From: Lama guanicoe
Lineage: Eukaryota
Direction of reading: 5' to 3'
Assembly: GCA_013239625.1 (NCBI GenBank)
Contig: MU054117.1
Coordinates: forward strand, 2,416,011-2,480,010
Length of the DNA: 64,000 nt
In this document: positions 13,096-25,234 of the stretch, in pieces
Position numbering within the stretch: the first letter of the stretch is position 1
Layout: every line of letters begins with the position of its first letter
Notes under the pieces: model-generated
Database searches by the model: none
What the model was told of the DNA's origin: nothing
Seen by the model: only the letters and a program-made list of their open reading frames with translations
Position numbers and translations under genes: made by a program

Positions 13096-13520
13096 CAGGG
13101 GCGACGTCCTTCCCTGGACGGTGGGCCTGGAGTCTTTCTTCTTTCACGTTTCTCTTTGATAAAGAGATAACAGAACTCATGTGCTTTCCAAATTACAGAC
13201 TGCTTTTATTCTATAGAGGAAAATAAAGACTTTCTTTGATTAAGTTTAGTCTGTTTAGTCCTTCAAAACACAAGATACAGTTCAGTTGGTGTGGAGCAAA
13301 GAGTCTGAAGGGAAAAAAAGCAAAGAGAAATACAGCGTGGAGAGATTAAAAAGGAAAAGGGCCGGGAGCCACAGCACCCAGGCAGCCGCAGCCTGCTCCC
13401 GAAGCTGGGGTGCGGGGCCTGCTCTGGGGGTCTCTCCTGTATTTGCCTCTTACCTAAAGGCTAGGGAACAGTCCCTCCTTTACTCTGCCCTAGTCAACCT
13501 TGCTTTAAGCTATTAAATCC

Positions 13521-13551
13521 GGTTTTGTTTGGTTTGGTTTGGTTTGGTTTT
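13521..13551. repeat. (GGTTT)n pentanucleotide microsatellite
   Basis: About six units, ggttttgtttggtttggtttggtttggtttt, read directly. Confidence 0.85.
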
Positions 13552-16500
13552 AAGACATAGAAACATTAGATACAGGGTTAGATACACAGTTCTAGTCACA
13601 CCCCACCCCTAATTATAAAAGAAGTAGAAGTTTGTTATAGAAAATCAAGAAAAAAATGAGAAAGAAATGCCCTTAATTTTCAACCTGTCAGAGATCATCA
13701 CCCTAGAGTACTTTTCAATTTATTTTTCAAAAACAGGGTCATCCTATATACACTGTTTTTAAAAGCTCCTCTCCCAATTATTACGTCAGGAATGCTTGCT
13801 TGGTTTCTTTTAAAAAATCTTATTTTCGTGGTAAAGGACTCTGTCACATGGATGTGGCTGAATCACATGGATAATGTAACTGACCACATGGGTTGAAGAC
13901 TGTATTGAAGGAATGGAAATACTATCAAACAACACGTGATTAATTAATATGCTTTGCAACCTTGATTTTGGAGAAGAAAGACCACAAACGCCCCCCCCCC
14001 AGAACCAAGCGTGGCACTGGCCACGCCCCCGCCGGTCCTCCTCCTGCTCCTCTTCTCGGGAAGCCTCTGGGACCCACTGGTGGGGCCCGGCAGAGTGGGT
14101 GGGGTCACGGGGAGGGGAAGTGAGGAGGTGTGGACTGCATGGCGTCATTTGAGGGGAGCCATGTGCCTCCCTCTAGCTTGATCCAGACATGAAATATTTC
14201 TACCAAGAGAGTCATTCCTGAAGGTCAACAAATAAATGATCTCGTCCCTTAAGAAATGGAAATACCGCTGGAAGGGCAGGGCGTAGTGTAAAGTCACAGT
14301 CAGTCTCTCGTGCTTCAGAATTTCGAAGTCTAAGAATTTCCCTTTACCCGGGGGGACCTCAGCAGCTTCGGAACAGGAGATTCCTGAAGGCACAGACCTC
14401 TCTAGAAGCCTGTGAGGGTGTGAGCCAGGAGGCTGAGGTCCTGACGGATCATTTACGGCCTTGGATAGTTGAGACTGGGAGGGAATAAGCCAGTCTGATC
14501 TCCAAATACCCACTCCTCGGCGGGTGGCCTGTGCTGAGCGCATCACCCAAAGGTTGCTTTCCTGTGTCCACCTGGGACCCCGCCTGCCTCCCTCTCAACC
14601 CTCCGACACCTTCCGACTGAGCCCATTCCTCTTTTCGCCTGAGTTCTTATCTCTGTTAATGGTACCACAAGACTGTCAGAGTTAAGTGATTTCTGTTTCC
14701 TCTCTCACCTCACAGCCAAGCTGGCCCCCAGTTCTTGTTGATTTTGCCCCCCTTTCCTGGACCCCTTCCCTCGCCCTCAAGCTCAGGACCACTGCCTGAG
14801 TTCCGGACACCCTGACTCTTCAATCCAGCCCCAGTGCTTCCAGCTCAGTCAAGGGGCGTTGGTCTGGCGGTGGGGCCGATTCTGTCCCACCCGTGTCTAC
14901 AGGGCATTTCTGATGCCCCCTCTTTAGCATGGGATACAGTGACCTGGCCGCCACTGTTGTCCCCCACCCTCCCGTCTCCTCTTCTCCAGCTGCACCGGTT
15001 TACAAGACTCTTCCTAAAACCCCCTTGTGGACAGGCTCCCAGGCTTCGTGAGGCTTCCAGTCAGTGCCCTCTCATTTATCCTTCAAGGGCTGGGTCGGAT
15101 GTCGCCTCTGTAACGTGGATTTCACCGTTCCTTCCTTTGGGTTCCCACACGGTGCTCAAAGTGCAGGCACGCACCAAATGGTTGTCACACGAAATAGCCA
15201 GTGCGTGCAGCTTGCGTTTCACTCGGTGCCTGTACACTGTCCGGTACTGCAGTCTCTTCACGTGCGTGAGGCGTGACCGAGCTCCGATGGGCTCATCACT
15301 TAATGAGCAGACCAAAATTTATATCCAAATGAGAACTGCTTCCTTCAAAGTCTTCACCTTAAAGAACTGAATACTTTGTCCAGAGATGCTGTTATCACCC
15401 GGAACACCTTCTGAACACCTTCCCTGCAAACAGCGTCAGAGTTCATAGTGTTTCTTTTCGGTATCTTCTGTGGTAGTAGGTTTTTGTTTTTTTTTTTCTT
15501 TCCCAACTTAACATTTATTATGTACGTGCCTATCCCAGGCACCAAGCTGGAGCTAGGTGAAAGATAAGATAAAGCAGACACTTACTGCGTCTTCACGGAA
15601 GTTTCTGTTTGGCAAGGGAGATAACAATGTCAGAGATCTGGACACCCGCTGCAGGACAGGGTTAAGTGATAAGACTCCAGAGGGACTGGATTTGATTTTT
15701 GGAAAAAGCCGAAAGTCCTGTGGTTTCAACCTCCCCAGTGAGGTAGATGGCAGAGGGATGTGATTACACTGCTCTAAGCTGGGTGTTCTGAGGACTTGCA
15801 CACTGGACCCCAGTCATTCCCAGGGCCCCTCTCTCCCCGCAAGAGACTAAACACACCCGGCGTGTTTGTTTAAGACCCGGACTCCCCACTTTGTGGTGAT
15901 GCTCTTCTGTAGACAGAGTCTCACCAGCTGAATTATAAGCCCCTGGGGGGAGGGGGCTGAGGTCTTATTCCGCACTGTTGTATTCATCGTCTCCGGTGGG
16001 CACGAACAGACGTTGGATAGTCACTCAGTTACTGAGGCCAAACGTGTCTCTGGCCGCGCCTCCGCGCATGTCACGTCACATCGGGTACCTCTTCCCCACG
16101 TGCGCTGTTCTTTGCAGTGACAGCTCCGCGGGTCCGCGCGGGGGTCGGGAACCGCGGAAAGGGCCGTGCGGGGAGGGCGCACGTGGGCGCACGGGCTGCG
16201 GGTCCGCGAGCCGACCGGGAGCTCCTGCTTCCTGGTTCCCGGGAGCCCGGTCCTCGGTGGGGGCCGCCGGGAAGGGAGCAGCTTCCTGCGCTGGGGACGC
16301 CCGCCCTTCTCCGGCCTCTCGGGGCTGGCGCGGAGGGAGAGGCGCGCGCGTGGCAGGGCGCGAGGCCAGAGCCCGGCCCTCCGGGTCAGGGGGAAGGGTT
16401 CCGGCCTCGGGAGACAGCCGGAGACTTGCCAGCAGGGGAAGGAACGCGGGCCCGGGGAGGAGGAAGAGAGTCGGGGCCGAGATCAAAGGGGAAGCACGTG

Positions 16501-16639
16501 TGCGGGGCGGCAGCCGGATCTGGACGCCGGGGTCCAGAGGTCCACGCTGCCCGCGCCGTCGGCCCCGCCCGCCCCGCGCCAGCAGCCCCTCCCGGCGTCC
16601 CAGTCTCCTCCCCGAGGGGCCGGGGCCGGGCCGCCACTC

Positions 16640-16779
16640 CCTCCAGCTCCCGCCCTCGGCCGCGCGCATCTCATACCATCCCTCATTCCGCACATTCCAG
16701 GCTTCCTCCTTTCAAACCCCAGGCAGGGGGCGGGGAGAGCCCGCAGCTCCGGCTCCCGCCGCGCGGCCGCGTCCCCCAG
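16640..16779 (+). other. TEAD4: TEAD4 exon 1 (5' UTR; start approximate)
   Basis: Donor cag|GTgagg at 16780; sequence gcgcgcatctcat...ctcattccgcacattccag...gcagctccggc resembles the human TEAD4 mRNA 5' end as I recall it. Confidence 0.72.
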
Positions 16780-17070
16780 GTGAGGGGCCCCGCGGCCGCG
16801 CCCCGGGCGCTCTTTGCTTTGCGCCTCTCCCCTTCTCGCCTCGGACCTGCGCCCAGGGCACGCCGCCCCCCCCCCCGGCGGTCCCCTCGCGGCGCTCCCC
16901 GGCCGCTCTCGCCGTTTCCCTCCCTGCTGCCCGCCGGCGCGCGCTCCGTTCCCCTCAGCTCCCTTCCTCTCCGGTTGACTCACCCCTCCAGGAATAGGGA
17001 TCGCCAGTGCTTTCCCGTCAGTCCCCTTCTGGGAAAACTCCTCCCTCCGCGCGCCCCGCTCCGCCCCGCT

Positions 17071-17153
17071 CCGCGCACCGCGCACCGGACACCGGGCACC
17101 GCGCACCGAGGACCGCGCGCCGGGCACAGCGCACGAGGACCGCGCAGCGGGCG
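17071..17153. repeat. Degenerate 7-bp tandem repeat (CCGCGCA)x~12 in TEAD4 intron 1
   Basis: ccgcgca ccgcgca ccggaca ccgggca ccgcgca ccgagga ccgcgcg ccgggca cagcgca cgagga ccgcgca gcgggcg. Confidence 0.8.
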
Positions 17154-17309
17154 CGGCGAGCTGGGTTCGGGCCGGCGCGAGGTCGGCTCCGTCCCGCGAC
17201 CCGCCTCCCTCCCCGCCCGGCTGGTCGGCCCCGGGGCCGGAGCCCGGGTCTCCGCTCGCTGACCCCCTGTCGTCCCTGCAGCGCCATCGTCGGCCTCCCG
17301 GTGCCTCAG

Positions 17310-17395
17310 GCAGAGCCGCGCTGGAAGAGTGGCGCCGGGGCGGACTCCGCGGGACTGGCGTAGCGCACTCGCCCACCTCCCGCACCCTGGGACCG
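17310..17395 (+). other. TEAD4: TEAD4 exon 2 (5' UTR)
   Basis: Donor gggaccg|GTaagg at 17396; ...cccgcaccctgggaccg precedes exon 3 in human mRNA (recalled). Acceptor cctcAG at 17308-17309; an alternative acceptor ccctgcAG at 17280-17281 is also plausible. Confidence 0.78.
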
Positions 17396-18444
17396 GTAAG
17401 GCGGCGGGCGGGAGGCACTGTCGCCCGGGACCGGATTGGGAAGACAGCCGGGCACGTGGAGGCGTGCGGACCGCGGGGCCGGGGTGGGACTGGAGGGCCT
17501 GGCGGGGAAGCGGGACGCGGAGCTGAAAGGACCAGAGGTCGGACCGAGAACGCCGGCGGTAGAAGTGACCCAGCACCCGCGCCTCTCTTCTGCGGGGCGC
17601 TTCTCTGGCTTGGAAGAGGGAGCCCGGAGGTGGGTGTATCTGCGGTTCTAAGTGCTGAGGCTTCTCGAGAGTGGAGGGGACGTCTGTAGAAGGTCTCGAG
17701 AAGCCTGGTGTGTTCCATGCTGGGGACTAGTGGGTCCAGGGAGCGGGACTCCCAAACCCCAAAGCCAGGATGTCCCCAGCAGGTGAACCCAGGACTCGCG
17801 CCTCGGAGCACTTGTGTCAAGGGGGTTCCCTCCCGGCAGGCCCAGCGGGGCTGTGATGAGTGCACTGTCCTGCCTCCTTAGCGCTGGGTGTAAGCGTGGG
17901 TGACACCTGCTCGCGCGTGACTCTCCTGGCTCCCAGTAGGCGTATTTGTTTGTGTTGAACTGGAGTGTATTTCCACTTGAGAAAAGTGCTGTTTGTCTGA
18001 AAGTTGAGCGTCTCTGAGTACTTGTGAGATGCCACGGCTCTGAGCGTGTCTTCCCCCATGAAGATGTGCCTTCCAGGCTGGACCGGCCTTTCTCCCTGCC
18101 TCCGTGGGCAAGACGGTGTCACTGGTGGTGTGGGCGCAGGAGTGGTTAGGCTGTGGCTGTGGGAGCCTGTGGCCTCCGGCTCCACTCGCCCTGGACCGGG
18201 CAGAGCTGGAGGGAAGCTGTCCACACCTGTCTCTTCCAGGCAGCTGTCTTTCTGAGGGAGATGGGTTTTGTTCCTCCCTGGAAGAGTTTAGGGAACAAGC
18301 GGGTAGAAGGCAAAAGAAAGTTGAGATCCTTGCCTTTCGGTGGTGGGATGGGTTGTTGGCAGAACTGGGGATGTCTGTGGGGTTGGACCCACCTGGAAGA
18401 GGAGACCATGTTGAGTCTTGAGACTTCTGCAGATAGTGATTTTA

Positions 18445-18725
18445 TTTTTTAACATTTTAAGTTTTTTATACAATTTTAAAGGTTACTTTCCACTTACAAC
18501 TGGAACAAAATATTGGCTCTGTTCCCTGTGTTGTGCAGTGCATCCCTGGGCCTGTCTCACACTCAACAGCTTGTGCCTACTATTCCCCCACCCCTATAAT
18601 ACACCCCCAACTGGTAACCACGGATTTGTTCTCTATATCTGAGAGTCTACTTTTCTTGAATCTTCACAAGTTTGTTCAATTTTTTAGACTCCACAGATAA
18701 GTGATATCATACAGTATTTGTCTAG
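18445..18725 (-). mobile_element. L1 3' UTR fragment, antisense
   Basis: T-rich head then ggtaaccac...tttgttctctatatctgagagtct...tttttagactccacagataagtgatatcatacagtatttgtct. Confidence 0.75.
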
Positions 18726-21700
18726 ACAGTGCTTTTAAAGTGGGCCCCGAGGACAAGGAGGAATCAGTGTATAGCCACCTGGCCCATACTTCCCACTGGT
18801 CCAGATCTCCTTGGAGCCACCCAGGCAGTCAAATGGGAGAGTCCTCATTCTTAATGACTTGCTGGACCACGAGGGGCTTTCCTGCTCGTTGCAAGGATGC
18901 TTTAGTGCCACCTGGGAGGAAAGGCTGCCTCTGATTGGCTGGCTGACTGTGGGAAGACCCTTCTGCGCGTCTCAGTTTCCCCTTTCTGCTTTGCTGTTTT
19001 CTCGCCATTGGAGGTTTGACCATCGAAATATTTTAGGGGAGGGAACCGAGTCGAGCAAGAGCCACAATGTCGAGGAGGTTGGCAGAAGTGACAGCATGTG
19101 AGTGGTGGTGGGGACACAAAAGCAGACCGGGAATTGAGCTCTGTCTTCCTTCCTGCAGGGAGCTGTGTGCGTGGTGTTTAGGGCTCCGTGGATGAAAGGG
19201 GCTAGACGCTCTCCAGGGGCGGGACTTGCTGCTGCTCCTCCGTGCTCCCGGAGGAGGCAGGTGTTCTGCTGGGAGCCCCCTCACCCTCTTACCTGCTTAG
19301 ACCAGGTGTGTGGGTGGGGCTGCAGGGCGTCTGGCCTAAAGGCTGCATGGCTGGAGTAGAAAGGTGCAGGTTTGGGGTCAGATGTCCCTGGGTCTAAATC
19401 CTGGCAGTTACTCACTACCTTTAGGGCTTCAGGCTCAGTTTCCTGATAAGTTATATGGGGAGGGGGGTGAACTAATATCCATCCAGAAAGGCTGTGGTGA
19501 AAATCCAGCGTGTGCAGAGCGCCTCCCAGGGGCAGGACAGACAAGGTTTCCGAGCCTCTTTCAGCACCGAACGTCTCTTCCTGGGAATGTCTCGGAACAC
19601 CCCTTGATAGACTCTGCCCAATTCATTCATGTTTATTTAGCAAAATGGATCAAGCATTTACTGTACCCTGGGCCCTACCGGTTCCCTGCCTTGGACTTGG
19701 GAGCCAGGGAAGCTAGTGGCCCAGGTGGAGGTAGGGGCCTGGCTTTGTCACTGGAGAGCAGAGGGTCTCCACCTCCTATGGTCTAACTCCGGTTTTGCCT
19801 TGACCCCAGGGTGAACTTGCTGAACATTAACGAACTCTAATGTCAGCATCTAACTCCCTATTTTAAAGATGGGGAAACTGAGGCCCATGGTGGAACAGTA
19901 TCTTGCTTAAGATCGTATGACTGGTGAGTGGCAGAGCTGGGACTGGGGTCCCCTTTCCGCATTTGCATCGGATGTCCTGCTCTGTTTCCTGCTCTGTGGG
20001 TCCCGGTGCTCAGACCTTGGCTACCTGTGTCCACAGGTGTGGAGGCTGGAATAGTCTGACCTGGGCGATGTCTCCCATCTCGCGGCTCAGATAAGGTTGC
20101 TGGGGGTTAGAGATGCTCCCCTCTGTCCAGCAGAAAGCGCAGGACTTTGGAATCTGAGAATGCCACCTCTGGAAGGGGTGGGGCCTTCAAGAGGTCCTTA
20201 AAATGCACCCTCCTTTCTCCTCATGGGCTTGCAGGCTACCTGGTCCAGTGGAGAAGGGTGTCCCTGTCTCTCTAGATCTCCTGGGATGCGCTGTCATGAC
20301 CTCCTGGGGCTCCCGTCCTGGTCTTGCCCGGGTGACTGCCATGGAGTAGTCCCTGTCTGAGGCTCCATTCTCCCTCCCAGTGGAAGCTGGGGACACGGGC
20401 CGGCTCTGCCCCGTGCCTTCCTGCAGCCGAGGTTGGTCCTGGGTTGCCTGTCTTCCTTTGCCCCCCATGACCCTTTGCTGGCAGGGGTTGGGGCGACAGC
20501 TCCCTTTAAGGCTCTGAAATTGGAGCTGAACAGCTGCTCCCCAGCCCCCCCTGCCCTGGGGTTTAACCAGCGCAGGGGCCCAGGTGGCGGTGGGGGCAGG
20601 GCCATGTCGCTGGGCACACAGCGCCTGGGCTCTGATTCCAGCTTCGCCTTGTCCTCTTCTTCCCGTGCTTTTGGGTTTTCGTTTAGATACTCAGAAACAC
20701 TGTGACCACCTCCTGTGTGATGTGGTCCTCGAGCCTTCAGCTCTCGGGACTGGCCCTTTGGGCACATTTCCACTAGAACTCCAGTCCCTAAGGTCTGTGC
20801 CCACATCCTTCTGCCTTTAATCCAGGCCAGCTCCTGGACCGGCAAGAGGAGGGCCCCGCTCCCTGTGGTGCTGACGGTGGGCGGGCCCCCATGGGTGGGG
20901 ACGCGGGCTTCCTTTGACCCAAACTTCACGGGAACAATAGACTTCAGAGGAGTCACCAGGGGCAGGAAATGGGAGCTGCGCTGAGGCTGGGTGACCCTCG
21001 TGGGGGATGGGGTTGCATATCCGGCCTGAAGGGAAAGCAGGGTGTTGGGGGTGGGCAGAGGGCACTGGGGTGGGGCTGGTGACACACTGGGCGGCGCCCC
21101 CTTGAAGGGGGCTCTTGACCCAGAAAAACCGGAGCTGCTGAAGTTCATCCTTCTTCCGAACCTTCTGCTTTGTGTCTTAGCAGCAGAGCTGTCTCGGTAT
21201 CTGCCAGCCTGGCTCACGCCATCTCAGCCCCGCCAGAACCACGTCCTCCCTTCCCTTCAAGGCCCTGAGTTGTCGGCGCGAATCGTCCTGGCTGGGATAA
21301 AAGGCCAGTTTTGTTTCTTCCTGGCTGATCTCCATCTTGGCATTGAGCCTTGAGTCATAGTTGACCGTGTGGTGGGCAGAGCTCTGGGTGGGGAAGGAAC
21401 AGGCCTGGGTCAGCTGGACGGACAACAAAAAGGGATTTTTTTTTTTAAGCTGCAGTCGGAGCAGGAGGACAGCCAGGACAGGCAGGGGGAGATTCCTGCT
21501 TGAAGCAGGTGGTGGAACGTCCCGGAAGGTGCGAGCACTCTGATCCTGCCTGCATCTTTGTGAGGAGGGCAGACCTGTCAGAGGGCTGGGACCGCCTTGG
21601 GAAGAAGCGAGTCAGGCCACACCGAGTTCAGGTGGCGAGATTCTCACTGATCAGGTTTTGGGGACTTGAGAGAAGCTTCCGGGGTGACCCCAGAACCACT

Positions 21701-23115
21701 CGAGGGTCCGGGAGGAGCCCCCACAAGTGGGAGGGCATGAGCATGGCAGAGTAACATCCTGACCTGGCGCATCTCTTCAAGGGGACAAGACAGGGGTCCC
21801 GGAATCGGCACGCTGGCGAGTTTCTCACGGATCCCTTGCTGATCCCAGGTCAGGTGTTTGATCCAACAATCTGCGGGGACTTCAGAAATGAGGTTGAGGT
21901 AACTAGTGGCCCACATGGATTCACTCCACCAAGTCGTGGGAAAGTAACCTCATTTGGGTGAAGGGTTTCCTCGGGTTCAAGAAAATCCCATGCGTTCCAG
22001 CTGATAACAGCGGGACAGGCAGGCGGACCGTAGCTGGTTGAAAGACCGCCCTGAGTACTGGGACTGAGCTCGCGTCATCCTGCGGCGAGGTCTTGGGTGA
22101 CAAGTCACTGAGCGCTGTCCGTTCTGTGGGTGTTGAGGATAACAGACGTACTGGGGGACAGAACCAGGATTCAGAATCATCTCCACTGACCAGAGTGCTG
22201 AGAGTAGGCAGGAACATGAAACAAAAATCTTTTTCTTGTTAAAATTAACCCATGCTCATTAGAGAAAACCGGGAATATAAAGAAATACCTAAAGGCGAAG
22301 ATAGCGTGTAACGGAGTGCCACGGCTCCGGGATGAGTGCAGTCACTATTTTGATGTGTGTCCCTCCAAGTTTGTGTTCCTGCAAACCTCTCTATTTTAAA
22401 CATAATTGCAGTTATACTCTATTCTGGTTTCTTAGCTGCTCAATACTAGATAAAAGTTACTGTGAACTGTCATTTTAAGGATCCGAAGAGTATTGCATTA
22501 TGTGAATATACCCTATTTAACTGTGCTCTACTGGATTAAAAAAAAAATCGTTTTCTGTTTTTAGCCATTAGCAGTGACTTGACATCTAGCAGTATTAAAC
22601 ATGTTTTCATGTCTCAGGATGAAATCCAAAAAATTTAAATGGAAAATCCTGCAGTTAAGTTCAGAACATCAATTATACAGAATAGGGACTTGCTGTCAAT
22701 TCTTGTGGAAAAGAAAACTTGGGGTTTTTAGTTGATGAAGTCAGGGAAGGGGAAATGAGCATTTATTAAGTGTCTACTAATTGCCAGGTGTCATTCTAAA
22801 CATTTCTCCCAACGTCTCGTTGAATCTTCACAGCAGCCCGGAGACAGGGTTTATTCTTGTGCCTTTTTTTTTTAACCTCTACTTCGCGGAGGAGGAAACA
22901 GTTACACAGACATTAACGCAGGGTTGGAGTTTGCACCCGGGTCTGCCTGGCTCTCCCTGGTGTGGGCGGGGGGTGTGGGGGCTGCATCAGGAAGGCCTGA
23001 GTCCCCTGTGTGCTCCGGCCACCCTGGCAGCCTCCTCTGGGTTTGAAGGGTGGACAACCCAGACCTAGTGGGTTCTGGGTGGTGAGTGTCGGTAGCAGAG
23101 GTGGAGGTGTGTGTG

Positions 23116-23188
23116 GTCATCCTCTCCAGGAGGCGGCCCTCTTTGCAGCAACAGCAGATTAGCCCTCCGGATCTGAAGTCCATTTCAG
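23116..23188 (+). repeat. Inverted repeat A, arm 1 (pairs with 24302-24375)
   Basis: Reverse complement aligns to 24302-24375 with exact 20-nt and 23-nt blocks. Confidence 0.9.
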
Positions 23189-23939
23189 GAGGTAGGACTA
23201 CATGGAACCACATGGAGTTTCTATGCGGAACTTGTCAGGGAAGCTTTGCAGGAGGTCTCTGTGCTGGATGGGAGGTTGGATCAGATGACCTCTGGGGCCT
23301 CTGCCTCCTCCCTGCGGTCCTGGCCTCAGCTTCTCCACACTCAGCAGGTGGGCATCGCACTGGGGGAGGAGAGAGCTGTTTTCCCAGCTTTGACATTCTG
23401 GAGAATCCGTCCAGGTGGAGGGAGGTGAACCAAAGCTGCTTCATTGCCGGGAGTGAGGCTGAGTGATGCCGAGGCAGGGGGCTGTGTCCCAGCGGTTAGA
23501 GGAGGCAGCATGGGGAGATGTGGGTGATGTTGCCTGGCACCCCCAGCACCCCACTGCGAGCTGAGTAAACAGATGCCAGGGTCAGGCTGCACCCTGAGGC
23601 TGGGGCGGGGACGATGACCCTGGTGCGGAGCAGTAGCTTTGAGCACAGGCTGCAGAGGCGTGCTGTCTGATGGAAGTGTGTATGTACGTTACCTGGAGCC
23701 ACATTTAAGAAGTGAGAAGAAACTGGTCCAAGGAATTTTAATAATATATTTTATTAAACTGTTGTGTCTAAAGTAGTATTGCTTAACATGCAACCAATAG
23801 TAAAGCGGCATTAATGAGGTGGTTTATGTTGCTTCTCATACAAAGGGCTGGAAATCCAGCCTGCGTCTGTCACCCAGCAGAACCTGTCAGTTGCACCAGC
23901 CACTTTGCAAGTCCCCAGCAGCCATGTGGCCGCGGCCAG

Positions 23940-24170
23940 AGTTCGGACAGTGTGGCTTCACAGTCAGCCTGCTGCTTATCAGCTACGTGGCCCTGGGCAA
24001 GTTTCCAAACTGCAGTACGTCTTATTTTCCCCTCTGCAGGTGGGGACAGGAATAATAACAGAGCCAGCCTCATATGGTGGATGTAAAGATTAAATGAGGT
24101 AGTATTTGTAAAGTACTTCGGTTTTTTGCCTGGCAAATATTAGACACTGTGAAAGTGTTTATCAAATACG
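23940..24170. mobile_element. MIR SINE relic
   Basis: ctgcttatcagctacgtggccctgggcaagtt...aataataacag...gattaaatgaggtagtatttgtaaagtact. Confidence 0.7.
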
Positions 24171-24301
24171 TGACCTATAATTGGTCCTTAACCCCTGGCA
24201 AGCTAGAGTTTGTAAGAGGGAGAGGCTGGTGATGAAAGCCAACTGTAGAGGGGCCCTGGGGTGTCACTGGAGGGCTGTGCCTGTACCCCGAGTTGTACAG
24301 A

Positions 24302-24375
24302 CTGAAATGGACTTCAGATCCAATGGGTTGATGTGCTGTTCTGCAAAGAGGGCCGCCTCCTGGGAGAGCAATGAC
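24302..24375 (-). repeat. Inverted repeat A, arm 2
   Basis: ctgaaatggacttcagatcc...ctgcaaagagggccgcctcctgg matches the reverse complement of 23116-23188. Confidence 0.9.
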
Positions 24376-24989
24376 GGCACCCCGACGACAGGACAGGTTC
24401 CAGTCCCTCAGCAGGTGTGCCCTGAGCGTCTGTCTGCTCGCAGCTTGGAGCTGTGCTGCGTGGCGTAGAGGAAAAGAGCATCCTTGGAGATGCTGCATCG
24501 TGCATCCCGTGACCTAGTGTTGGAATGGGAGGCGGGGTCACGTCCAGCACATGGAGGCTTCAGCAGCAGTCGGGCTGCTTATTCGAGAGAAGTAAAGCCG
24601 TATCAGTGACTTCCGATACCCTCCTCGGAGCTCCGCCAGCCCCAGCAGCGCCAGCTCTCCTCTCTTGGCATCAGCCCCCTCTGCTTGCGCCTGCCCTCAG
24701 CCAGCCCACAGTGGTCACGGAGCACCCACTGTCGGCCTGGCACCGTACCAGGTGCAGTGGGGGGAATGTGCAAGCCAGGACCTGCTTGCGACCCAGTGAG
24801 GGGGACAGACTGAGTAGCAAACACTAAGAGTCTGCGAGGTGCCTGAAGGGCAAACTGGAGATGCAAGCAAGTGCTGAGGGGGTGCCTGGTAAAGAGGATT
24901 TGTCCTGATGGGCTGGGAGCAGTCAGGGAGGCCTCCAGGAGGAGGAGGCACTTGCGCTCGCTTTGAAGGATGGGTAGGTTTTTGGCAGC

Positions 24990-25050
24990 TGCGTGTGTGC
25001 GTGTGCGTGCGTGTGCGTCCTTGTGTGCATGTGCGTGTGTGTGTGTGTGT
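24990..25050. repeat. (TG)n/(TGCG)n alternating purine-pyrimidine tract
   Basis: tgcgtgtgtgcgtgtgcgtgcgtgtgcg...tgtgcatgtgcgtgtgtgtgtgtgtgt read directly. Confidence 0.85.
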
Positions 25051-25234
25051 AAGAGAAGGTTGGAGAGGAAAAGAGGGAGGAAGAAAAGGGCAGGAGAAAT
25101 ATCTGTAAGAAGACAGAGTGATCTCAGGGCTGTGGTTGTGAAATGACGAGAGGAAGGGCGGTAACTGGGCTTTGTGAACAGGTGGGTTTGAGCTGGGCCC
25201 TCTGAGCCGAATAAAGAGGACTTTTCAAAAAACT

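Larger units (their letters stand above)
16050..17620 (+). promoter_or_regulatory. TEAD4: CpG island / TEAD4 promoter
   Basis: Very high GC and CpG density; GC boxes (ccccgccc); four CACGTG E-boxes (16097, 16180, 16495, 17453); AGATCAAAGG at 16480; contains the two leader exons. Confidence 0.92.

Noticed and set aside
15978..17865. Long overlapping ORFs (339, 381 and 460 aa) on both strands
   Set aside because: They lie in the CpG island where stop codons are rare; Pro/Arg/Gly/Ala low-complexity products with no recognisable domain.
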